IMG/VR virus record: IMGVR_UViG_3300025141_012845 | Location: 1-64,000 of that record | Length of the DNA stretch: 64,000 nucleotides | Origin: a virus | Direction: 5' to 3' (one strand) | Notes under the pieces: model-generated | Databases searched by the model: none | What the model was told of the DNA's origin: nothing | What the model saw: the letters and a program-made list of their open reading frames with translations, nothing else | Program-made: the position numbers and the translations under genes | Part shown: positions 57,119 through 64,000 of the stretch, in pieces | Position numbering within the stretch: the stretch's first letter is position 1 | Layout: each line of letters begins with the position of its first letter

Positions 57119-58949
57119 CGTCTTTGTTAAAAATGCTAGGCATTGGAGGATTTTTTGAGATCTCTAATGCCTCTACCTCCATATTAGAATAGAATTCCTC
57201 TCTTGGCAAGTAGGGATACATATCTTCAATAGGAGTGCTCCATCCAACAATTTTAGGCTCATAAACGTGATATTCGTGACAGTTAACATCACAAACTATT
57301 GGGCCATCACTATCTAAAAACTCTCTGACCTGTTTTCTAACAACATCATAGTCTTCACCGCTATTAATAGACATTGTCTTAACCCCATACGCATCTACAA
57401 TCTTTAAGAAGTCCGGTGGGTTATAGCCCTTTGGCCCGCACGCTTCACTTCTACCTTCAAAGTTAACCTCTTGAAATGCTTTCGTAATTCCATAAATATG
57501 GTTATTTAAAACAATGGTCTTAAGATTCACATTATAGTTCAATAATGTCTGCAACTCTTGAATATTCATATTAAATCCGCCATCACCGATGACGCAAACA
57601 ACGTTCTGAGTTTCATCCGCTGCAAAACAAGAACCAAGTCCACCAGCAAAAGAGAATCCCATTGGAGAGTTTCCATTATTGGTAATATATCTTTGGCCTG
57701 TTTTCGTCTCAAATGCATGATTTAAAACAACAATATTGCCTCCACAGTCACCAATTAAGATATCGTTATCCTTCATCTCCTCTGAAAGTATTCTAGCGAA
57801 AGCATAAGGATGCACATATCTTTGAGTGTCATACATCTCTTTAATGACTGGATCATATTTTTCTTTCCATCCATTCACTCTATTGACCCATCCGGAAAAG
57901 TCTGGTAGACTTTGATTTCTTTCTCTGGCTCTATCCAAAAGCATGTTTATAAAAACTTTTGCATCAGAATAAATGCACTCATCAAACGGAAGTTGTTGAA
58001 GCTTCTTCTGGAGTGCTGGTTTGTCAACATCGACCATATACTTTTTAGCGCCTCTTGCAAAAGTCTCCGGTGTTCCTCCGGTGATTCTACCAGAAATTCT
58101 ACTACCGATTGCTAAAAGAAGGTCAGAGTTTTGAATTCCAAAATTACGGCCTGCTCCACCATATGTTCCAATTCTGCCACCATAGTATTCAAAGTCAGAA
58201 CAAATAATATCTAATGCATTCCAAGTTGGAAAACACGGAACTTTTAATTCTCTAGCCAGTTCCAGTATCTCTTTCTCTGCTCCCGCAAGTCGAACTCCTT
58301 GTCCGATCATCAAGCATGGACGCTCGCTACCAGCCAAATCATCAAGATATTTGTCAATTTGCTCGTTAATCTTTTCAGTATCAAAAGAGGTTTTTAACCC
58401 ACAATCGTATCCTAACAACCCTTCTGGTTCAATCTCTGCTTTAGCAACATCAATTGGAATATCAAGAAGTACAGGTCCGGGTCTACCGGTTGTCGCAACA
58501 TGAATAGCCTTTTCTAGTTCATAACGAATACTATCTGGATCATCAACAAGTTTAGCATATTTTGTTATTGGCTCCACAATACTGACAATATCAGTTTCCT
58601 GAAATCCAATCTGTCTAATAGACTTATCTGGCCTCATATATTGTGTTTTGATTTGTCCGGTAATAAAGACACAAGGAACTGAGTCATAAAAACAGTTTCC
58701 AATCGGCGTAACAAAGTTCATCCCGCCTGGTCCACTAGTTGCTATCGCAACGCCAAACTTCCCGGAAATCTTAGCATATCCTTCTGCGGCAAAACCTCCG
58801 GCTTGTTCATGCATAACCGCTACATACTTTGTTTTATCTGTGCGAGTAAACGCATCTATCAAATGTCCATTTGCTGCGCCATATACAACAAAAACATCTT
58901 TAATCCCTTGATCTCCGATATAATCTATTACGTAGTCTGCTAAATTCAT
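57111..58949 (-). CDS. ThDP-dependent acetolactate-synthase-like enzyme (YerE-type carboligase candidate)
   Basis: HEQAGGFAAEGY, TSGPG, GRPGPVLLDIP, GDGG...LNN ThDP-binding motif. Confidence 0.9.
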   Translation of the reverse strand: MNLADYVIDYIGDQGIKDVFVVYGAANGHLIDAFTRTDKTKYVAVMHEQAGGFAAEGYAKISGKFGVAIATSGPGGMNFVTPIGNCFYDSVPCVFITGQIKTQYMRPDKSIRQIGFQETDIVSIVEPITKYAKLVDDPDSIRYELEKAIHVATTGRPGPVLLDIPIDVAKAEIEPEGLLGYDCGLKTSFDTEKINEQIDKYLDDLAGSERPCLMIGQGVRLAGAEKEILELARELKVPCFPTWNALDIICSDFEYYGGRIGTYGGAGRNFGIQNSDLLLAIGSRISGRITGGTPETFARGAKKYMVDVDKPALQKKLQQLPFDECIYSDAKVFINMLLDRARERNQSLPDFSGWVNRVNGWKEKYDPVIKEMYDTQRYVHPYAFARILSEEMKDNDILIGDCGGNIVVLNHAFETKTGQRYITNNGNSPMGFSFAGGLGSCFAADETQNVVCVIGDGGFNMNIQELQTLLNYNVNLKTIVLNNHIYGITKAFQEVNFEGRSEACGPKGYNPPDFLKIVDAYGVKTMSINSGEDYDVVRKQVREFLDSDGPIVCDVNCHEYHVYEPKIVGWSTPIEDMYPYLPREEFYSNMEVEALEISKNPPMPSIFNKDDG

Positions 58950-58951
58950 TA

Positions 58952-59872
58952 CTAATCCTTACGAGTTACAGTGTTTGGTGTTAGACTATGATTCGTTGGA
59001 AAGCCCTGATCTGTTTCATACTTCCACTTTGAATCGCCTAACAACTTTTCAAGTTCTTCATCTTTGATTTCATAGAAATTTTCCTGTGCTGGAAAAACTC
59101 CAGTTCGGACTTCTTCCGCATATTGTTGCAGGGCCGACTGCATTGCTTTACCTGCTTCACAATATCGCTTTACGAACTTAGATTTAAATTCCCAAAACAG
59201 CCCCATAAGATCGTGGAAGATGACCAATTGTCCATCTACCTTATCTCCTGCTCCAATTCCATAAACAGGGATAGAAAGCTCGTTAGCAATAATACCAGCA
59301 GGTTCTCTTGGCATTGCTTCCAAAAGAAGAAATGAACACCCGGCCTCTTGCAGTTTCAAAGCCTGTTCTAAAATAACTTCTGTTTGCTTTGCTGTCTTGC
59401 CCTGTACTCTGTACCCTCCTAGTTTAGCACGAGTATGTGGTGTCAGGCCTAAGTGGCTCATAACTAAGATCCCGGCATCTGCTATTGATTTAATTCTGTC
59501 AACCATCGCGCCCTCAACCTTAACGCAATCCATTCCTGACCTTACAAATCTACCGGCATTTATAACTGCTTCTTCGTTTGATACTTGATATGACATGTAC
59601 GGCATGTCACCAATAAGAAAAGCGTTGTTTGTTCCTCTAGCGACTGCTTCGCAGTGAGAAATCATATTATCCATTGTGACTGGTATTGTTGTCTTGTGTC
59701 CTAATGTAGTCATGCCTAGCGAATCTCCAACCAAGATACAGTCGACACCTGCGCCATCTGAAATCCTTGATTGAGGATAGTCATAGGCGGTTGTCAACAC
59801 CGTTTTTCTTCCCTCTTCCTTTTGTCTTCTTAATTTTAATACTGTTACCTTATTCTTATCGTTTGCGGCCAT
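58952..59872 (-). CDS. panB: 3-methyl-2-oxobutanoate (ketopantoate) hydroxymethyltransferase
   Basis: TAYDY, ILVGDSLGM, DMPYMSY, VKVEG, HLGLTP, QGK, GIGAG..DGQ, HD. Confidence 0.93.
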   Translation of the reverse strand: MAANDKNKVTVLKLRRQKEEGRKTVLTTAYDYPQSRISDGAGVDCILVGDSLGMTTLGHKTTIPVTMDNMISHCEAVARGTNNAFLIGDMPYMSYQVSNEEAVINAGRFVRSGMDCVKVEGAMVDRIKSIADAGILVMSHLGLTPHTRAKLGGYRVQGKTAKQTEVILEQALKLQEAGCSFLLLEAMPREPAGIIANELSIPVYGIGAGDKVDGQLVIFHDLMGLFWEFKSKFVKRYCEAGKAMQSALQQYAEEVRTGVFPAQENFYEIKDEELEKLLGDSKWKYETDQGFPTNHSLTPNTVTRKD

Positions 59873-59890
59873 TTTTTTCTCCTTTTAATT

Positions 59891-61411
59891 TCAATCACCT
59901 AATGTTTTTCTTTTTAACTTAATCTTAGTTGTGTTTTCCATATTTTCTCTTGCTTTTGAGCCAAATTTCGTCTCCAAAAGGGATAAATAATCTCTATTGG
60001 TATGATACTTCATCCACGCTTTATCTCGAAATTCAAGAATCTGAGATGCTTTAAGATTTTCATTTGATAAATTAAGAGTTTCATATGAGTGCTGGCTATA
60101 TCCCTCATATCTGTTAGGTAAAGCGACACCGCTCTTCTTTGCATGTAGATGAAGGGGGCTGCCTGGATATGCCATTGCGCAATACATATTTGTCATCTCT
60201 GACAAATTGTCTAAAGCAAAATTTAACGTGTCATTCATAGATTCCATTGTGTCCATTGGTAGTCCAAAAATATAATTCGCACCGATATTGATACCGGCAG
60301 ATCTCATTGTTTGAAGTATATCATAGATCTTTACTTCTTTAAATCCATCTTTATGAATTTCTTTTCTTAAAGTTTGATTTGGGTTTTCAATTCCCAATCC
60401 AAGCCAGTTTACTCCAGCCTTTTTAAGCGCGTCTAAATACTTTGGCTTACAGGTGTCGATTCGAGAATATGCCCATATATTAAAATCATATCCTCTTTCC
60501 GCTATCATATCACATATCTTCATAAAGTGTCGAGGATTAAGAACAAACAATTCATCAGCAATCTTAATATTTTTTATATTGTTCTCGGCAAAATAATCAA
60601 ACTGCTTTATGATAAAGTTGGGATCCCAATATCTGAAGATGTTACTGTCTTCGCTTGAAATATCCTCGCCAGAATCTGTTCTATTGATTATATTAATCAT
60701 GCAGAATGAACAAGTAAAAGGGCACCCTAAACTTGTATAAAGTGCTGCAAAGGGAGCGTTGTCTGTATTGTTACTCCATGAATGCCAACCGGAGGTTCTA
60801 TATTTTGAAAAGTCCGGTAATAAGTTCCATGCCATTCCTGGTAAGTCTTCTTGGAGTCTTGATCTGGGAACTATGCCTTCAGGCTCATTTAAGACTGCGT
60901 TTCCATCTTCGTCTTTAAATCCCAGCCCTTTCACCTTTTTAAGAAGGCTCGAATCATCCAAGTTCTCTACACGCAACAAGTTACTAATCGTGTATACTCC
61001 CTCGTTTTGACAAACCATATCAATAGAAGGCTCTGTTAAGACTTCTTTTGGAACCGCCGCTACATGTGCGCCTACAAAGAGAATCTTAATTGTAGGATCT
61101 CGAAGTTTTACCATCTCCGCAGTCTCAACTGCTCCGCACATATTCTGACTTGATGCGCTTGGCTGTTGGCCATATACAACAAAGCAGACTATGCGGGCAT
61201 TGTATTCTTCAATAACCTTAGCAGATTCTTCTGTTGTTAACTGTTCTGCTTCGCAATCTAAGATTCTTGGTTCGAATCCTCTAGTGACACAATGATTGGC
61301 AAGCATCGCTGCCCAAATTGGAGGCTCAATAGCAGAATGATTTTTGCTTAACCCTTGATAGATCTTTTTTGATCCATTGGGATGTACAAAAAGCACATCT
61401 ATTTGTCTCAT
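59891..61411 (-). CDS. Cobalamin-binding radical SAM enzyme (class B methyltransferase-like)
   Basis: N-terminal B12-binding domain (PPIW, LDCEAE, VGAH, EG); GCPFTCSFC; ADELF; GIE; IFGLP; YPGS. Confidence 0.9.
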   Translation of the reverse strand: MRQIDVLFVHPNGSKKIYQGLSKNHSAIEPPIWAAMLANHCVTRGFEPRILDCEAEQLTTEESAKVIEEYNARIVCFVVYGQQPSASSQNMCGAVETAEMVKLRDPTIKILFVGAHVAAVPKEVLTEPSIDMVCQNEGVYTISNLLRVENLDDSSLLKKVKGLGFKDEDGNAVLNEPEGIVPRSRLQEDLPGMAWNLLPDFSKYRTSGWHSWSNNTDNAPFAALYTSLGCPFTCSFCMINIINRTDSGEDISSEDSNIFRYWDPNFIIKQFDYFAENNIKNIKIADELFVLNPRHFMKICDMIAERGYDFNIWAYSRIDTCKPKYLDALKKAGVNWLGLGIENPNQTLRKEIHKDGFKEVKIYDILQTMRSAGINIGANYIFGLPMDTMESMNDTLNFALDNLSEMTNMYCAMAYPGSPLHLHAKKSGVALPNRYEGYSQHSYETLNLSNENLKASQILEFRDKAWMKYHTNRDYLSLLETKFGSKARENMENTTKIKLKRKTLGD

Positions 61412-61429
61412 TATAAACCTCCAATAAAA

Positions 61430-62353
61430 TCAGTAGTTTGCATACCACGGCTCGTCAAGCATTTCATACACACTTACAAGCTGTTGTATTCCCTGATCTA
61501 AATCATATTGACATTCAAAGCCTTTATTGTAAAACTTCTCACTACTGACAACATAATCTCTAACATCTGGATCTTTCGTAAACTCAGCGCATAAGAGTTC
61601 TAGCGGTGTGTGTTCTGAGATCTTCCTTGCTAGGTCGTATTTGTTCATGTTTAAGGCGTCGTTTCCAACGTTATATGTCTCATTCTTACAATCATCCCAA
61701 TTGTCCAATGCAAATCTATACGCTCTGCAGACATCTTGAATATGCACGTAATTTCTCATAAATTCCTTTTCATATAAAACAAGGACGCGGTCTTTGACTG
61801 CCTTTAAAACAAAATTGTTCACAAGCAAATCAGTCCTCATTCTTGAGGAAGGTCCAAACACTGTTGCAAGTCTAAATGTAACATGATTTTCAATATTTTT
61901 AAATACTTTTTCTGCTTCAACTTTAGTTTCTCCATAAAGAGATACTGGATTTAAAGGAGACTCCTCTGTGCAGACTTCTCCCTTTGAAGTGCCATAGCCA
62001 GAGTTTGTGCAAGGATATATAACAAGTTGATCTTGTGATTTGTTCTCTGCGATAACCCTATTTGCTTTATAATTGATATTCCATGCTGCTTCAGGATCTC
62101 TCTTACACAAAGGAAACCCCACAAGCGCAGCCAATGGGATGATAGCATCAGATTTATTGACAAGTCTTAAAAGTTTGGGAGTTTCTCTAACGTCCCCTTT
62201 TACAAAATTAAAATTTGGATGTCCCGCATATCTCAATAAAGATAAATTATCATACATCAAATTATCATAAACTGTTACTTTGTTATCCTTAACAAGATGA
62301 TCGATAAGTTCACTGCCAATATAGCCTGCGCCACCTGTAATTAATATATTCAT
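61430..62353 (-). CDS. NAD-dependent epimerase/dehydratase (extended SDR)
   Basis: ITGGAGYIG, YGETK, RLATVFG, YVHIQDV. Confidence 0.92.
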   Translation of the reverse strand: MNILITGGAGYIGSELIDHLVKDNKVTVYDNLMYDNLSLLRYAGHPNFNFVKGDVRETPKLLRLVNKSDAIIPLAALVGFPLCKRDPEAAWNINYKANRVIAENKSQDQLVIYPCTNSGYGTSKGEVCTEESPLNPVSLYGETKVEAEKVFKNIENHVTFRLATVFGPSSRMRTDLLVNNFVLKAVKDRVLVLYEKEFMRNYVHIQDVCRAYRFALDNWDDCKNETYNVGNDALNMNKYDLARKISEHTPLELLCAEFTKDPDVRDYVVSSEKFYNKGFECQYDLDQGIQQLVSVYEMLDEPWYANY

Positions 62354-62354
62354 T

Positions 62355-62654
62355 CTACCACTCCAATTTTCCAGTTAAAACATCTTTAAGCATCACCCAG
62401 TCGCACGCTTTTGCCCACAATGGCCTTTTCCATGCTGCTGGCTTGTTCTTTTCAAAATACAGATGACCTGTCCATGCAAACGGATAAACCACAAAGGGCA
62501 CTAATGGCAAAAGAAGCCAAGTTTGACTTAATAATGCATACAACAGCACTGTAACTGTTGCCAATTGCCCAACTACATGCAGTCTTCTGCATATCTTGTT
62601 TTGATGTAAAGTCAAATAATGCTCATAATATTGTTTAAACGTAATGTTATTCAT
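62355..62654 (-). CDS. DUF962 / Mpo1-like membrane protein (99 aa)
   Basis: YL..HQN..CRRLHVVG, YPFAWTGH..FEKNKPA, CDW; start moved to ATG 62654. Confidence 0.8.
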   Translation of the reverse strand: MNNITFKQYYEHYLTLHQNKICRRLHVVGQLATVTVLLYALLSQTWLLLPLVPFVVYPFAWTGHLYFEKNKPAAWKRPLWAKACDWVMLKDVLTGKLEW

Positions 62655-63054
62655 CCCAGCTAATCTCCCAATCTTTGAATTCTGCTGCCAAGCAATCAAT
62701 TTTATAATCTTTTCGTCCTCCAGCAACTTCTTGAATCTTATTCTTTGCAGTGTTGCGAATACCGTTCAATCCGTGTGTTAACTCAAGATCATTACCTTCT
62801 GCAATTCCTTTCCTATAATTGGACTCATTGTGCCATATGTGAAGGTTCATTTGAGATAACACAACAATTGCTCTAATCACTTGTGCATCTATTTTAGCAG
62901 AATTTTCTTTTAATATTAAATTAATATCGTGAACAATGTCAGAAATCTCTTGTACATACTCAGATTTGTGCTCTGATATGAAAACTTCTTTCAATTGTGC
63001 TATCGATAATCTGTCTACAAGTTCGGATAAGGTTGGTAAATATTTTCTTTTCAT
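62647..63054 (-). CDS. Helical protein of the DUF4254/DUF6165 type found in glycosylation clusters
   Basis: ELVDRLSIAQLK, NLHIWHNE..R, N..R..KNKI. Confidence 0.6.
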   Translation of the reverse strand: MKRKYLPTLSELVDRLSIAQLKEVFISEHKSEYVQEISDIVHDINLILKENSAKIDAQVIRAIVVLSQMNLHIWHNESNYRKGIAEGNDLELTHGLNGIRNTAKNKIQEVAGGRKDYKIDCLAAEFKDWEISWDE

Positions 63055-64000
63055 TAGTTGCTCGCAATAAATTGATCAAAATATGGTTTATATTTTTGGA
63101 AGTTACTTCCGAAGAGGTGTGCATACTTGTAGAAGATTCTTGCTTCTTCTTTTCTTTGATCTAAATTGCGCTCCTGTTGAGAACGGCCTCCAGAAAGATA
63201 TAACCCAACTGTGTCTTCTACCTTGTTAAAACTATACCCGGCAGAAACTGCTCTCAACCACATATCCCAATCATCAGCAAAATTACATTCCTCATTATCA
63301 AAAAAACCACAAGCATCATGTATCTCCCTCTTCCACAGGGGCATTGGACCCGGCAAACATTTGATCATGTTTTCTCTTGAAAATGGATGTGTCGAGTGAT
63401 CAAATACTTTACCGTCTGAGGTATTGTTATTATACGTTTCATTTGGATTGTCAGTCAGCAAAACTTCTCCATAAACTAAACCTACATCGCTCTTCTCAAT
63501 ATCATCAAGAAGAATCTCTAAACAATCGTTACGTCTTCTATCATCAATGAATCCAAAAGTTAGATATTTTGCACTTGCCATTTGAATGCCAATGTTTATG
63601 CCCTCTGTTGGAAGCGCTCTATAATCTAGTCGATGATATACAATGTTATCATACTTCTCCATGTATTTTTCAACTATTTCTTTTTCTTTTCCTGGTGAAT
63701 CTGCATCGACAAAGATCAATTCACATTTGTCAAAAATAGTTTGGCTTGTTATGTCTTCTAAGAAGCCTTCTAGGAACTCCTCTCCCTTATAAAAGGTGCT
63801 TAATATCGATATCGAATATTCAGTTTCTTCTTTGGATTTCTCAGAGCTTCTTATAATTCCTTCAACCAACTTTCCAACTTCCTCTCTCTTCTCCGTCATG
63901 TAGTCGATCAACTCTTCACCTTTTAGACTGAACCAGGGCTCCTGTGTTGCTCCAATTAAGTTGTTTGCCACAACTGACATACCCATCATTCTAGCCTCGA
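63054..64000 (-). CDS. Glycosyltransferase, 5'-truncated: end of a GT-B-like domain fused to a GT2 domain
   Basis: Frame stays open to the edge (..EARMMGMSVV, resembling the GT-B EAxxxG motif); GT2 motifs ELIFVDADS, INIGI, IDD, DDWDMWLR. Confidence 0.8.
   Translation of the reverse strand, partial: EARMMGMSVVANNLIGATQEPWFSLKGEELIDYMTEKREEVGKLVEGIIRSSEKSKEETEYSISILSTFYKGEEFLEGFLEDITSQTIFDKCELIFVDADSPGKEKEIVEKYMEKYDNIVYHRLDYRALPTEGINIGIQMASAKYLTFGFIDDRRRNDCLEILLDDIEKSDVGLVYGEVLLTDNPNETYNNNTSDGKVFDHSTHPFSRENMIKCLPGPMPLWKREIHDACGFFDNEECNFADDWDMWLRAVSAGYSFNKVEDTVGLYLSGGRSQQERNLDQRKEEARIFYKYAHLFGSNFQKYKPYFDQFIASN

Noticed and set aside
57111-59872. Simple auxiliary metabolic genes for branched-chain amino acid or pantothenate synthesis
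   Set aside because: Not excluded but disfavoured: no ilvC, ilvD, ilvH, panE or panC in the window, and both genes are embedded among sugar-modifying genes.
468-63399. All plus-strand ORFs and short nested minus-strand ORFs in the track (e.g. 468..689, 1608..1808, 27702..28124, 48876..49301)
   Set aside because: They are antisense or out-of-frame shadows of long, motif-bearing minus-strand genes. The shared ALIFNKSKTCSVC in 468..689 and 1608..1808 only reflects the 47-nt repeat.
1-64000. Stop-codon reassignment as in some huge phages
   Set aside because: Genes are full length in the standard code, and TAA, TAG (e.g. 5445, 46676, 54126) and TGA (e.g. 5849, 22328) all end genes at tight junctions.
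1-64000. Eukaryotic giant virus (NCLDV) origin, suggested by the Mre11-Rad50 fusion and glycan genes
   Set aside because: SD sites, overlapping operonic genes, a sigma factor, a DnaG-type primase and gp6/gp25 baseplate genes indicate a bacteriophage.
1-64000. tRNAs, rRNAs, introns, inteins, transposases, intrinsic terminators
   Set aside because: Intergenic gaps are under about 80 nt with no cloverleaf or GC hairpin plus U-tract seen, and I recognised no splicing, homing-endonuclease or transposase motifs. This was a by-eye check only.

Overview
This window is 64 kb of a large tailed dsDNA phage with a contractile (myovirus-type) tail, probably a jumbo or huge phage. Every credible gene is on the minus strand. 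Genes are tightly packed or overlapping, have Shine-Dalgarno sites, and use the standard code (TAA, TAG and TGA all act as stops). In transcription order (right to left): (1) a 16-kb-plus glycan cluster, truncated at the right edge, with GT2, GT-B and GT47-like transferases, SDR epimerases, a B12-dependent and a SPASM-type radical SAM enzyme, PanB, a ThDP enzyme, RmlC, a 2OG-Fe(II)-like oxygenase, a ColD-type PLP dehydratase, and split HldE kinase/nucleotidyltransferase with a HAD phosphatase and a cupin; (2) small genes and a gp55-like late sigma factor; (3) a roughly 35-kb baseplate module with an amidase-domain protein, spike, 2761-aa orphan, gp25, gp6, DNRLRE-like protein, a 3142-aa LamG/gp7-like protein and four proteins carrying halves of a gpH-like domain; (4) a RuvC-like resolvase, primase and fused Mre11-Rad50 (gp47-gp46); (5) a membrane/lysis-like cassette; (6) tail-fibre genes, the last running off the left edge and missing from the ORF track. 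The main hypothesis is a phage-encoded virion glycosylation system. A subset of structural proteins is strongly enriched in a [ST]-[GAS]-[ST] tripeptide that may be a sequon, and the cluster could make an unusual branched deoxysugar (ColD-like + ThDP enzyme + PanB + B12 radical SAM) and an NDP-heptose. All family calls come from motifs recognised by eye; no searches were run.
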